From an uncultured Methanoregulaceae archaeon (lineage in GTDB: Archaea; Halobacteriota; Methanomicrobia; Methanomicrobiales; Methanospirillaceae), in NCBI GenBank assembly GCA_963737635.1, contig CAVTTL010000001.1, positions 864,001 through 928,000 on the forward strand: a DNA stretch of 64,000 bases, given 5' to 3'. Positions within the stretch are counted from its first letter, which is position 1. Every line of letters begins with the position of its first letter. The position numbers were made by a program, and so were the translations under genes. Shown here in pieces: positions 1 through 10,968 of the stretch. A model generated the notes under the pieces. It was given only the letters and a program-made list of their open reading frames with translations, was not told where the DNA came from and did not search any database.

Positions 1-51
1 CCAGCTCTATCAGGCAATCTTTATCTCATTTCGTTCCTACAGTTCCATCAT

Positions 52-1083
52 ATGATCAAGGTTGCCATCAATGGGTATGGTACCATCGGGAAGCGCGTTG
101 CCGATGCAGTTGCCGCCCAGAAGGATATGAAAGTGATCGGCGTTTCAAAAACCCACCCGAACGCCGAGGCCTTCATTGCCAAACAGCGAGGATATCCCCT
201 CTACATCGCAGATATGTCAAAGAAAGCGGCATTTGAAAAAGCAGGCCTCATCGTCGCCGGTTCGGTGGAAGAGATGTGTACAGCAGCCGACGTGATTGTA
301 GATGCAACCCCCGGCGATGTGGGTGCGACCAACAAGCCACTCTATGAAAAACTCGGAAAAAAAGCGATCTGGCAGGGGGGCGAAGATCACGAGGTGGCCG
401 GGTTTTCGTTTAATTCGTCTTGTAACTTTGCGGATGCGATCGGTCGCCAGTTTGTCCGGGTCGTGTCCTGCAACACCACCGGACTCTGCCGGATCATCCA
501 TGAGGTTGACAAAGAGTTCGGTGTAGCCCATGTCCATGCGATCATGGTCCGGCGGGGATCTGATCCCGGCGAGATTAAAAAAGGACCCATCGATGCCGTG
601 GTGCTCGATCCGGTGACGGTTCCAAGCCACCACGGCCCTGATGTTCAGACCGTACTTCCCCATATTTCTATAACCACGATGGCCATGATTGTCCCGACGA
701 CCATGATGCATATGCATGCTGTCCGGATCACGACAAAAAAAGAAGTGAACCGGGAAAGAGTCAGCGAGCTCATCAGGAATCATCCCCGTATGGGCCTCGT
801 TAAAAAGACTGCAGCAATCAAGAGTACTGCAGAGCTCAAGGAGTTTGCCCTGGATCTCGGCCGCCAAAGGGCGGATCTCTATGAAAACTGCATCTTCGAT
901 GAATCAATCTACGCAAATAAAAACGAGCTCTGTTTTTTCCAAGCCATTCATCAGGAAGCGGATGTTGTTGTTGAAAATGTAGATGCAATCCGGGCGATGA
1001 CCGGACTCGCAAGGGATGCAGCAACGTCCATAAAACTTACTAACGACGCACTCGGGTTTACCCCCATCCAGAACAACCATTAA
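52..1083 (+). CDS. gap: Type II (archaeal) glyceraldehyde-3-phosphate dehydrogenase
   Basis: N-terminal NGYGTIGKRVADA dinucleotide-binding motif, catalytic VVSCNTTGL, SHHGPDV and IHQEAD motifs. Confidence 0.96.
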   Translation: MIKVAINGYGTIGKRVADAVAAQKDMKVIGVSKTHPNAEAFIAKQRGYPLYIADMSKKAAFEKAGLIVAGSVEEMCTAADVIVDATPGDVGATNKPLYEKLGKKAIWQGGEDHEVAGFSFNSSCNFADAIGRQFVRVVSCNTTGLCRIIHEVDKEFGVAHVHAIMVRRGSDPGEIKKGPIDAVVLDPVTVPSHHGPDVQTVLPHISITTMAMIVPTTMMHMHAVRITTKKEVNRERVSELIRNHPRMGLVKKTAAIKSTAELKEFALDLGRQRADLYENCIFDESIYANKNELCFFQAIHQEADVVVENVDAIRAMTGLARDAATSIKLTNDALGFTPIQNNH

Positions 1084-1109
1084 CTCTCTTAATAACCTAT
1101 CAATTTTCA

Positions 1110-2051
1110 ATGGATGCATTCGAACGGGTTACCCGGAACACCGTTGAAATTGTAACTGAGGATGAACTCCGTGCTCTTCTTACCAGATCCGCTAAGAGAG
1201 TGTATGCAGGGTACGAGCCGAGCGGCGAGATCCACCTCGGCCACCTTGTAACCGTAAATAAGCTTGTCGATCTCCAAGCCGCCGGATTTGAAGTCACGGT
1301 TCTCCTCGCTGACCTGCATGCGTTCCTCAACCGGAAAGGAACCATGGAAAAGGTGGGGGAGCTCGCCGAATACAACCGCCGCTGCTTTGAGGGGCTCGGC
1401 CTCAAGAATGTGAAATACGTACTTGGTTCCGATCTTCAGCTCGACAGGGAATACGAACTGCTCGTGCACCAGCTCTCCCAGCAGATCACCCTTGCCCGGG
1501 CGACCCGGAGCATGGACGAGGTCGGCCGGCAGATGGACCATCCGACGGTCTCGCAGATGATCTACCCGATCATGCAGATGGCCGATATCGCGATGCTGGG
1601 CGTTGATGCAGCAGTGGGCGGAATCGACCAGAGAAAAATCCACATGCTCGCCCGGGAGCACCTGCCAAATTTCAAATTCCCCTCGCCGGTCTGTATCCAT
1701 ACGCCTATCTTAAATGGCCTTGATGGCAAGAAGATGTCCTCCTCGCAGGGAAACTATATCTCCGTCGCCGATAGCGAGGACGAGATCCGGAAAAAATGCC
1801 TGAAGGCATTCTGCCCCCCGGAGATAGCTGAGAACCCGGTTCTCCAGATCTTCCAGTTCCACATCTTCTCCCGCCTGCCAGAAATTACTCTGAAACGACC
1901 GGAAAAATTCGGCGGTGACCGGACCTTTACCGGGTACGCGGAGCTTGAAACTGCCTATTACAAAGGGGAAATTCATCCGCTCGATCTCAAGAAGGCCTGC
2001 GGCGAGGGGCTCGTCGAGATCCTTGCCCCGGTGCGCGACTATATACGGTGA
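1110..2051 (+). CDS. tyrS: Tyrosine--tRNA ligase (archaeal type)
   Basis: GYEPSGEIHLGH (HIGH-like), YPIMQ, GGIDQRKIH, KMSSS, IHPLDLK motifs. Confidence 0.96.
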   Translation: MDAFERVTRNTVEIVTEDELRALLTRSAKRVYAGYEPSGEIHLGHLVTVNKLVDLQAAGFEVTVLLADLHAFLNRKGTMEKVGELAEYNRRCFEGLGLKNVKYVLGSDLQLDREYELLVHQLSQQITLARATRSMDEVGRQMDHPTVSQMIYPIMQMADIAMLGVDAAVGGIDQRKIHMLAREHLPNFKFPSPVCIHTPILNGLDGKKMSSSQGNYISVADSEDEIRKKCLKAFCPPEIAENPVLQIFQFHIFSRLPEITLKRPEKFGGDRTFTGYAELETAYYKGEIHPLDLKKACGEGLVEILAPVRDYIR

Positions 2052-2092
2052 ACGCAAAAAGATACCTTCAGGTACGAGTCAGGAGACTGCCT

Positions 2093-2872
2093 GTGAGCTT
2101 CGAAAAAGAGGAAGACGCATTTGACCAGCGCCTCGCTGAAATGGGTATCCGCATCAAAGACGCGGACAATTTCAAGGTCAGCGAGAATGTTTTTGACGAG
2201 GTCACACTCCTTGCATTGTACAAGCTCGTCCATAAAAAATGGCTCACGGCAATCGGCGGCTCGATCAGTACCGGCAAAGAGGCCAATGTATTTTACGGGG
2301 ATCGGGGAGATACAGCGATCGCAATAAAGATTTACCGGATCCAGTCAGCAAATTTCACAACCATGAGCTCGTATATTACCGGAGACCGGCGGTTCTCCCA
2401 CGTTAAAAAGTCCAGAAAGGAGCTTATCTTTGCCTGGACAAAAAAAGAGTTCTCCAATCTTATGAGGGCACGGGAGGCAGGTCTTCCTGTTCCTGAGCCG
2501 CTGGTGTGGGACAGGAATATTCTCATCATGTCCTTTCTGGGGGATGACCAAGTTCCCTACCCCCAACTGAGGACAGTTGAGATCGAACAACCGGATCGCG
2601 TCTATAAGGACATCATCGCTATGATTGAAACGCTGTACTCCAAAGCAGAACTAGTTCATGGTGACTTAAGCGAGTTTAATATATTATATCATGACCACCC
2701 ATATCTCATCGATATGGGCCAGTCCGTTACCCGCGATCACCCTCGTGCCCTCCAGTTCCTTATGCGGGACATTCGTAATGTGAACAGGTTCTTTAAAAAG
2801 AAAGGTTGCTCCGTAAAATCGGAGTATGAAATTTTCAACAAAGTGACCGGCCTCAACGTTGCCAAACCATGA
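2093..2872 (+). CDS. rio1: RIO1-family atypical Ser/Thr kinase
   Basis: STGKEANVF P-loop, AIKIYR, LVHGDLSEFNIL, IDMGQSV; GTG start chosen after AGGAG at 2081. Confidence 0.93.
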   Translation: MSFEKEEDAFDQRLAEMGIRIKDADNFKVSENVFDEVTLLALYKLVHKKWLTAIGGSISTGKEANVFYGDRGDTAIAIKIYRIQSANFTTMSSYITGDRRFSHVKKSRKELIFAWTKKEFSNLMRAREAGLPVPEPLVWDRNILIMSFLGDDQVPYPQLRTVEIEQPDRVYKDIIAMIETLYSKAELVHGDLSEFNILYHDHPYLIDMGQSVTRDHPRALQFLMRDIRNVNRFFKKKGCSVKSEYEIFNKVTGLNVAKP

Positions 2873-2927
2873 AATACACAGAATGTGATAAACGGCCGAT
2901 GCTGATTTCCAGAAAGGTGAATGAACC

Positions 2928-3473
2928 ATGATACAAGAACTAAAAGTTGCAACAAGCAGAGTAGGCGTACTGATTGGGAAAGGCGGGGCAACGAAAAAAG
3001 AACTCGAATCAAAGACCTCTACAACAATCTCCATTGACAGCAAGGAGGGTCTGGTGAAAGTAGAGGGGGCAGATGAGAATGCTATTCCGCTTCTCAGGGC
3101 CGTGGAAATTATCAACGCCATAAATGCCGGATTCTCTCCTGAGCGTGCCTTTGAGATGATCGAAGACGAGGATCTCCTCCTCGACATTATCGATCTTTCC
3201 CGTGCGGCGGACAATCCACGGCAACTCGACCGGCTCCGAGGTCGAATTATCGGGAAAGACGGCCGTGCCCGCGAGCAGATCGAGAACATGACTGATGTGG
3301 ACATCTCGGTCTTTGGACACACGGTGGCCCTCATCGGGTACCCCGAGCCGATGAAGATCGCCCGGGCAGCGATCGACATGCTCATCGAAGGCGTCCCTCA
3401 TGAAAATGTCTTTGCATTCCTAGACAAGAAGAAGAAAGAGGCTAAGAAGGATATGATCAGTTATTATTACTGA
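2928..3473 (+). CDS. KH-domain RNA-processing protein (Dim2/Pno1 family)
   Basis: Two KH GxxG motifs (LIGKGG, RIIGKDG), follows rio1 as commonly seen in archaea. Confidence 0.9.
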   Translation: MIQELKVATSRVGVLIGKGGATKKELESKTSTTISIDSKEGLVKVEGADENAIPLLRAVEIINAINAGFSPERAFEMIEDEDLLLDIIDLSRAADNPRQLDRLRGRIIGKDGRAREQIENMTDVDISVFGHTVALIGYPEPMKIARAAIDMLIEGVPHENVFAFLDKKKKEAKKDMISYYY

Positions 3474-3620
3474 TCTCTTCGTTTTATCCCCGTTCCAGCT
3501 GTCCATTTTATGGCAGATTTTGTTGTATAGGATAACAATAAATGGCATCCCGGCAATCAATGTCCCGTACTACTCAAGGAAAATCTACAATCTTAACCCG
3601 ACCAAAGAGAGAGGCGTGTA

Positions 3621-5791
3621 ATGCAAGTACAGGATCTCTCCATACCTGATTCCCTTAAGCACCAGTACTTTGCATCAGGAATCAAAGATCTTTATCCGCC
3701 TCAGGCAGCGTGCATCGAAAAAGGATTGCTCGACGGTAAAAACCTCCTGGTCGCAATTCCGACAGCCAGTGGGAAAACGCTCATCGCAGAGATGGCGATG
3801 CACCGCCATATAGCCGCAGGCGGAAAATGCCTGTACATCGTCCCGCTTAAGGCACTTGCATCGGAAAAGTACGAAGAGTTCGGCGGGAAAGAGGTAAAGG
3901 TCGGAATCTCTACGGGTGACCTCGACCACCGGGACGACGCCCTTGGCAGGAACGATATTATTGTTGCCACAAGTGAGAAGGTGGACTCCCTTCTCAGGAA
4001 CGCTGCACGATGGATAGAAGAGATCACACTCCTCGTCGTGGATGAAGTACACCTGATCGATTCACCGGACCGGGGGCCGACCCTTGAGATGGTAATCGCA
4101 AAGATGCGATACCGGAACCCGGCCATGCAGATTATCGGGCTTTCGGCAACCATCGGTAACCCTAAAGTACTTGCAGGATGGCTTGACGCAGAGCTGGTCA
4201 CCAGCTCGTGGCGGCCGGTGGATCTGCGCCAAGGCGTCTTTTACAATAACCGGATCCGGTTTGCCGAGGGGGAGGCGCGGGAAGTCCGGCAGGTTTCAAA
4301 GAATTACGATGATCTCAACCTTTGTATGGACACTATAGCCGAGGGAGGACAATGCCTGGTCTTTGTTTCATCGCGCCGCAATGCCGAAGCATTTGCGAAA
4401 CGGGCAGCGGCGGCAATCAAGAGCGAGGACCCGGGGCTTGCCGTGTATGCTGACCGCCTTCTTGCCGGGGTCCCAACTGAGATGGTAAAGACTCTTGCCA
4501 CATGTGTAGCTAAAGGGACCGCGTTCCACCATGCCGGCCTAAGCCGGAAAGAGCGATCTGTTGTTGAGGAAGCTTTCAGGAAAGGCCGGATCAAGTGCAT
4601 CTCTTCGACGCCGACCTTGGCAGCAGGATTGAATCTTCCAGCCCGAAGGGTTGTGATCCGCGATTATCTCAGATTTTCCGCAGGTGAGGGGATGCAGCCG
4701 ATACCGGTCAGCGAGGACCCGGCAGATGGCAGGACGGGCCGGCAGACCACGGCTTGATCCGTACGGTGAGGCCGTGCTGATCGCAAAAGAGGCTGAGCAA
4801 GTGCCCGAGCTATTCGCATGCTATATAGAGGCCGCAGCCGAGGACGTCAACTCACAACTGGCCGAACCGACCGCACTCTATACGCACGTTCTTTCCCTTG
4901 TAGCCTCAGGTTTTGCTCAGACAAGAGAGGAATTGTCAGGTTTCATGAACCGTTCGTATTACGTCCATGAGCACCGGCAGGGCCGACTTATGCACCGTGC
5001 CGTGGATGCTGCTCTCGAATTTTTGATTGGCGCAGAAATGATCATTGAAATCGGTGAACATCTAGGAGCCTCCGAACTAGGCACCCTTGTTTCACGGATG
5101 TATATTGATCCCCGGAGCGCGTCTCTGATCGTGACAACTCTTCGCGAAAGGTCGGAATATGCGGATGTCGGCCTTCTCCAGCTCGTCTGCAGCACGCCCG
5201 ACATGCCAACGCTCTATGCAAGAAATTCAGATCTCCCCGCGCTCTCCCGTATGATCGACCAGAAAGAAGGCGATCTCTGGCTCCCGTTCCCTACCGATGA
5301 CGATGAGGCTGAATGTTTTTACCGGGCAGTGAAGACTGCTATGCTTCTCTCCGATTGGACCGACGAACTCGCGGAAGAGAAAATCTGCGAACGCTATGCC
5401 GTGGGGCCGGGTGATGTGTACGGGATGGTTGAAAATATCAATTGGCTACTCCACGCAACGTCACAGCTTGCCAGGATGTTTGCCCCACAATTTCACCCGC
5501 AAATTGCCGAGTATGAGATCTGCATGAAAAACGGGATCCGGCGTGAGCTGCTTCCGCTGATCCGCTCCGGGGAATCGGACGAGTCCGTGCCCGCCGTCTT
5601 TTCAATAACGGTATTACATCGCCGGAAGAAATGCTCCGGACAAAAAAGAGGATCTTGTGAAGATTCTGGGCGCCGGCATCGCGGAACAGGTTCTTGAACA
5701 ACTACAACCAAAGAGAAGAGATGCGAATGAGGGGGCGCGAACGGGAGGGGACGCACCTGCTGGCCAGTCCACCCTCTTGCACTTCGGGTGA
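3621..5791 (+). CDS. hel308: Ski2-like DNA helicase Hel308 (three apparent indels near 4715, 5565, 5645)
   Basis: [42 protein letters not shown] (in the second frame); C-terminal Hh[14 protein letters not shown] recovered after a frame change; ends QSTLLHFG-stop at 5791. Confidence 0.9.
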
Positions 5792-5794
5792 GAG

Positions 5795-6318
5795 ATGAGC
5801 GAATCGGAAATCCCCTGTCAAATCCGGTATGCAACCGTGATGGTCCACGACATATCTGCCTTGCTCAGTGAGTTCCGGGCAACAGCCGAACGATGCGGTT
5901 CACGCATTATCTGTTTTGATGCGGAAAAGTCTTGCTGGCCGGGCCCATGTGGTTGCAGCCCTCATGCATGCCACTCGTTCCTTTTCCTCAGGCAACGCAA
6001 TTTCAAACTCTTTTGAGATGGAGGCCCTGCTTTATGCTGCAGGGACCCGGCAATGTAGTGCAGCAGTTGCTTTTGGTCTTCATGCAGGGGAAAACCATTT
6101 GTATGTCTGCTGCTGCCCGGCGCGGAATGATCTCTGGATCGCATTAGCCCCACTTCTGCATTTTTGTGATGATCCGGGTGATTGCATCACTACGGATAAA
6201 GCAACCAGGCTCGCAAATTTGTTCGGGATTTCACCGTTGGAGTTAGAAGCTGACCGGTAGAGATCGCATCCGTGATTTGGTACTCGAGAGAGTTGCGTTG
6301 CTGGATGTGAGCAAATAA
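5795..6318 (+). CDS. cgi121: KEOPS complex subunit Cgi121 (two apparent indels near 5930 and 6255)
   Basis: ICFDAEKLAGRAHV, EMEALLYAAGTRQC, and C-terminal DLVLERVALLDVSK-stop recovered after frame changes. Confidence 0.85.
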
Positions 6319-6324
6319 ACAAGA

Positions 6325-6813
6325 TCATTTATTTGCGTGGGTAAGGATATGAAAAATCTCAGGAACAATAAGATTTTTTGTCGCTAGCGTGACGGCAGCA
6401 GTTGATCCGGGGATGCAAAACACTGCGTTTCCATGAATTGTTCCGGCAATTGCCCGGGAGAGCATTGAGGAGGTTCCAATCTCCTCAAAACTTTTCATCC
6501 GGAACAGTTCTCCAAAACCATCGATTTTCTTTTCAAGAAGGGGGGCTATTGCTTCTATAGTACAATCATCGTGGGTCAGGCCAGTACCACCATTGAGGAT
6601 AATACAATTACAGTTTTTAAGGGCCAGAAACAGTTCGGATCGGATGGCTTCGATCTGATCAGGAACTACCTCATAATGTCGGATTGGAATTCCTGCACCA
6701 GTAAGGATTTCCTGAATAGCCTTTCCGCTGGTGTCCGTCTCCTTGTTCCGGGTTGTGGAAACGGTTACTATCCCTGCAATTACAGACCGGCACTGGACGT
6801 GTTCCTGCTTCAT
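6325..6813 (-). CDS. moaB: MoaB/MogA molybdopterin adenylyltransferase family protein
   Basis: TVS...DTSG, NGGTGLTHDDCT, GFGELFR, SRAIAG, IPGS motifs. Confidence 0.9.
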   Translation of the reverse strand: MKQEHVQCRSVIAGIVTVSTTRNKETDTSGKAIQEILTGAGIPIRHYEVVPDQIEAIRSELFLALKNCNCIILNGGTGLTHDDCTIEAIAPLLEKKIDGFGELFRMKSFEEIGTSSMLSRAIAGTIHGNAVFCIPGSTAAVTLATKNLIVPEIFHILTHANK

Positions 6814-6981
6814 ACTAATAACTACTGTTTTTCACCTTAAATGAAATATACGATTACCGATTTCTATTCTTTTGGGCTCTCTGTAGAAAACCTATTTTTT
6901 GCCGACAATCGACACGGCAACCCCTATGACGCTATGGAGAAATTTGTTTTTGAGTGATCTCTGATGGCTTCGAGTCGGTAA

Positions 6982-8187
6982 TTATCTACTTTTTTTAGGA
7001 GATTTTTTAGGAAATATGTTATCAAATATAGGGTCGTCCAATTTCATCGCTCGCCATAACAGCAATCCATACCCAAGAAAAAGGAGACTAAAGAACGGTA
7101 ATGCCCATGGTGAGGTATAGTGATCATTTGTATACAGCGTGAAGAACCCAAGTGGAAACTCTATATATCCAAATACCTGTAATCCAACAAATATCAGGAT
7201 CCCCCAGAAATCTGCCGCGATAAGCAATGCTGCAAAGGGTGTGAACCACATGATATACTGGGGAGATCGGTATTGCGAAAAGAATATCGTTGCCATCAAT
7301 GTAATCAGAATTAATTTCAGCATCAAGTTGATCGTCTTTGGCCTTTTATACATCACGTATAATGATCCGAGCACAACTACGACGGTCAGAATCCGGAATG
7401 TAATGGAGATTACTGAGAACGGGATCGCTAGTCCCACGAGATTGAGATACTGGGAAATGGCATATGGAATGGTGTTACAATAAACCTTGTCAGCGTATCC
7501 AAGAAATTGGCTATAGCCTGCCAAGAGCATGAAAGCGAACGCCGCCCCGCCCGCCACCATTAATACGATTGCCCGGTTCTTTCCCTCAGCAATTATTGAA
7601 CTGTTCCGGGAATTATACAACCAAAAAAAAGGGAATAACAGGATTGGCCAGAGCTTGACAAACAAACCTGCAATGCTGGCAAGATATCCTTTGGTTCTAT
7701 CATCATAAACTGTGGCCAATACAGCCAGCATCGCAAGGCATGTTGGGAACGCATCAAACCGTGTGAGGGTGAAATAAGCCACCGACAGTGCAGTTGCATT
7801 CAGCATCGCTGCAACAAATGCCGTTCGTTCAGAATATAATTTCAAACCGATATAGTATACGCATAACGTCGATATTATGTCGAAGGTGATCATAAGCGCC
7901 CACATCGCTATAACAAAATATAGGGTTTCACCTCCTGCAAGTGAGATAACGTATGCAATCATCATCGGCAAAACCGAAAGGGGAGGATAGAGAAAATCTA
8001 CTCCTGACGCCCACGGCAATAATCCATGAAAAACATTTCGCATTGCCAGATAGTAAATATTATAATCATACATGTCAAGGAATGTCTTTAATATAAAAAT
8101 TGTTAAAAATATGACAAAGATTTTTGTAATTATTGATGTCAAAATCAGAATGTTTCTGCGTTTATGATCAATAGCCGGAAGTTGCAT
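6982..8187 (-). CDS. Polytopic membrane glycosyltransferase (GT-C, GT87/DUF2029-like)
   Basis: About 10 hydrophobic segments with DYNIY, FLYPPL, RFD, K.WP and SPQYIMW motifs typical of GT87-like mannosyltransferases. Confidence 0.7.
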   Translation of the reverse strand: MQLPAIDHKRRNILILTSIITKIFVIFLTIFILKTFLDMYDYNIYYLAMRNVFHGLLPWASGVDFLYPPLSVLPMMIAYVISLAGGETLYFVIAMWALMITFDIISTLCVYYIGLKLYSERTAFVAAMLNATALSVAYFTLTRFDAFPTCLAMLAVLATVYDDRTKGYLASIAGLFVKLWPILLFPFFWLYNSRNSSIIAEGKNRAIVLMVAGGAAFAFMLLAGYSQFLGYADKVYCNTIPYAISQYLNLVGLAIPFSVISITFRILTVVVVLGSLYVMYKRPKTINLMLKLILITLMATIFFSQYRSPQYIMWFTPFAALLIAADFWGILIFVGLQVFGYIEFPLGFFTLYTNDHYTSPWALPFFSLLFLGYGLLLWRAMKLDDPIFDNIFPKKSPKKSR

Positions 8188-8706
8188 ACTACCAAATCAT
8201 AATATAAGAATAAAAGTTTGATGCTTAAAAAAATAAATTTCTTTAGGTGGATCGATAAAATTGCAGAAACTCGTCATATTCGAATATATTATCTCCTAAA
8301 TATAAGGGCAATTTCCTTTTTGCCCGCCCCCATTTGAAATTGGTCTTCTTTTCAGAAATACCCAGAATCATTCTAATCCATTCATGTAAGATCCTTCATC
8401 TTGTTGTACTATCGTTCAACATTATCGACTAAAAGGCATCTCTATCTCATGGATAAAGGGTATGCCTCATAAGAATTGCGCTCTCATTCAATAATATTGT
8501 CAGAGGATTGGAGGGGAAATTGTATTTTACGTCCTGAAATGAGGTCTGGAAATTCCTTCAAGACTCGAAAAGTCCGGCTTCAGGGCAGGAAAATCAAATG
8601 CAATGTGATCTTCTACAACATCTCAAGATTCATGTAATTTCTTGCGGTCCGGTTGTAATTGCGGTTTCTACGAGGACTTCCATTAGCTTTCATAAAGATA
8701 GGGCTA

Positions 8707-8727
8707 CCCCTTTGTTTCCAGTGGAGA
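8707..8727 (-). repeat. Origin recognition box (ORB), inverted copy
   Basis: CCCCTTTGTTTCCAGTGGAGA; reverse complement TCTCCACTGGAAACAAAGGGG matches the archaeal ORB with G-string. Confidence 0.92.
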
Positions 8728-8928
8728 TCATTTCCACAATGCGTCAGTAAATGACAACTCTTCTTACATCATTTCGAAATTCAATCTACAAATTTTCATT
8801 TGATATGCTATACTTACCTCTTGAGTCCGGATTGATTTCGGATAACATAAATAGATCTAAAAACAAACTAAATTTGGCTAATTTCTTTTAAAAAAGAATT
8901 CAAATTCATTGAGGTAACTCTTTCAGAC

Positions 8929-8948
8929 TTCCAGTGGAAACAAAGGGG
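8929..8948 (+). repeat. Origin recognition box (ORB)
   Basis: TTCCAGTGGAAACAAAGGGG. Confidence 0.93.
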
Positions 8949-9080
8949 TGTCTGGGTACAATAAAAACAAGTAGCTGTTCACAAAGTTTCCTATTTAAGG
9001 ATGAATAACAAAGAAAAATATAAAATCAGAAATCCTTAAATTTGTTCTTGGATTCACTTTTCTGCCATTTTAAATAGAAT

Positions 9081-9100
9081 TTCCAGTGGAAACAAAGGGG
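9081..9100 (+). repeat. Origin recognition box (ORB) abutting the cdc6 TATA box
   Basis: TTCCAGTGGAAACAAAGGGG, identical to the 8929 copy. Confidence 0.93.
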
Positions 9101-9108
9101 TTTATAAA
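9101..9108 (+). promoter_or_regulatory. Putative TATA box of cdc6
   Basis: TTTATAAA about 60 bp upstream of the ATG, directly after the third ORB. Confidence 0.6.
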
Positions 9109-9168
9109 GGGAATAAATCAAGTACTTTTTTAATCTCTCCCCGCTAAGGATCAGTTCCACGTGTCACC

Positions 9169-10461
9169 ATGCCAGAAACAGTAGATCCATCAACCGGTTT
9201 ATTTATCAAATACCTATCAAACAACCGGATCTTCCGTGATCGGGAGGTACTCCGGCATTCATACCGGCCGCAGATTCTCCCACACCGACAACCACAGATC
9301 GATACTATCGCGTCCATCCTTGCTCCATCCCTAAGGAACGAAACTCCCTCCAATATTCTTATTTATGGGAAAACGGGAACGGGCAAGACCGCAAGCGTCA
9401 GGTATGTCGGTTCAGAGCTGGAGAAAGCCAGCAGCAGTATGGGAACTACCTGCCGGATTGTCCATCTCAATTGCGAAGTGATAGATACGCAATACCGGGT
9501 TCTGGCGCAGATTGCCAAGTGTATTGACGGTGTTGAAGACGCATCAAGCGACAAAACCCGCATCCATATTCCGATGACAGGCTGGCCGACAGATCAGGTT
9601 TATGCGGAGCTGAAAAACCAGCTTGATGCCGGTGGAGGGGTGCTTGTAATCGTACTCGATGAGATCGACAAGCTGGTCAAAAAGAGCGGCGATGACACAC
9701 TCTATAACTTGACTCGGATCAACTCCGATCTCAAAAATTCCAAAGTCAGCATCATAGGCATTTCAAATGATCTCAGTTTCAAAGACTTCCTCGACCCCCG
9801 AGTTCTCTCGTCGCTCTCAGAGGAAGAGATTGTTTTTCCTCCGTACAATGCACCGCAACTGGTGGATATCCTGACCCAACGTGCTACCGGGGCGTTCCTT
9901 GACGGGTCGATTGCGGAAGGAGTGATTCCGTTATGTTCCGCACTTGCTGCGCAGGAGCATGGTGATGCCCGACGTGCCTTGGATCTTCTTCGGATCTCCG
10001 GAGAACTCGCAGACCGTGACGAATCAAAGCAGGTGACCGAGATCCATGTGAAACAGGCTCAGGCAAAAATTGAGACCGACAGCATGATCGAGTGCATTGC
10101 GACACTTCCCACCCAGAGCAAGCTGATTCTCTTCTCCATGCTGACCCTGGAGCAGCTGGGCCAGAATATTTTCACGAGCGGGGAAGTCTCTCGTGTCTAT
10201 CAGGATATTGCGCCGGATATCCAGCTTGATATCCTTACGCACCGCCGGATAACGGATCTGATCTCGGAACTCAACATGCTCGGGGTTATCAATACCCGGG
10301 TTGTGAGCCGGGGCCGGTATGGGCGCACCAAGGAGATGTGGTTCGATGCAAATACCGGTAAAATCCGTGAGGTTGTCCTTAAGGATCCCCGGTTGAACGG
10401 ATTAAAAGATCTCGATATAAATCAGATGGAAGCCAAATGGTTAAAGACGTGGTTCAGGTGA
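9169..10461 (+). CDS. cdc6: Orc1/Cdc6 replication initiator
   Basis: Walker A YGKTGTGKT, Walker B VLDEID, GDARRALDLL, winged-helix end SRGRYGRTK. Confidence 0.97.
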   Translation: MPETVDPSTGLFIKYLSNNRIFRDREVLRHSYRPQILPHRQPQIDTIASILAPSLRNETPSNILIYGKTGTGKTASVRYVGSELEKASSSMGTTCRIVHLNCEVIDTQYRVLAQIAKCIDGVEDASSDKTRIHIPMTGWPTDQVYAELKNQLDAGGGVLVIVLDEIDKLVKKSGDDTLYNLTRINSDLKNSKVSIIGISNDLSFKDFLDPRVLSSLSEEEIVFPPYNAPQLVDILTQRATGAFLDGSIAEGVIPLCSALAAQEHGDARRALDLLRISGELADRDESKQVTEIHVKQAQAKIETDSMIECIATLPTQSKLILFSMLTLEQLGQNIFTSGEVSRVYQDIAPDIQLDILTHRRITDLISELNMLGVINTRVVSRGRYGRTKEMWFDANTGKIREVVLKDPRLNGLKDLDINQMEAKWLKTWFR

Positions 10462-10467
10462 AGTGTT

Positions 10468-10959
10468 ATGGATGACAAGGATCTTGAACTCCTCCGGATT
10501 CTTGAGGAGAACGGCCGGCTGTCTGCACAGGAAATCGGATCGATGACCAATCTTATACCGGCAGAAGTGGAAGCCCGTATCCGAACCCTTGAGGAGAACC
10601 GGATCATCCGCAAGTACACTACGGTCATCAACTGGGAGAAGGCGGGAAACGGAGAGGTTTCAGCTATTATCGAGCTGAAAGTGAGCCCTGAGCGTGATTT
10701 CGGATATGATCGGATTGCAGAGAGGCTTTCCCGATTCAGGCAAGTACGTACGCTTCGTCTGATCACCGGTACCTATGATCTCCAGGTAACCGTGAGCGGA
10801 AAGAATATGCAGGAAGTTTCCCGTTTTGTCTCCGAACACGTTGCCCCGATGGACCGTATCCGGGAAACAGCCACCCATATCATTATGAAATCTTACAAAG
10901 AGAATGGCAATACACTCTTTGAACAGCAGGAAACCGAACGCCTTCCCTATTCGTTCTGA
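10468..10959 (+). CDS. Lrp/AsnC family transcriptional regulator
   Basis: N-terminal HTH (DLELLRILEENGR), C-terminal RAM domain (LITGTYDL); paired with an aminotransferase. Confidence 0.9.
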   Translation: MDDKDLELLRILEENGRLSAQEIGSMTNLIPAEVEARIRTLEENRIIRKYTTVINWEKAGNGEVSAIIELKVSPERDFGYDRIAERLSRFRQVRTLRLITGTYDLQVTVSGKNMQEVSRFVSEHVAPMDRIRETATHIIMKSYKENGNTLFEQQETERLPYSF

Positions 10960-10968
10960 GGTGGCTGG

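Larger units (their letters stand above)
8707..9100. other. oriC: Chromosomal replication origin (oriC) with ORB boxes and AT-rich DUE
   Basis: Inverted ORB at 8707-8727, direct ORBs at 8929-8948 and 9081-9100, AT-rich spacer between the first two, immediately upstream of orc1/cdc6. Confidence 0.92.

Noticed and set aside
6250-6275. TAG in cgi121 as possible pyrrolysine
   Set aside because: An in-frame TGA follows within a few codons, and the conserved C-terminus lies in another frame.
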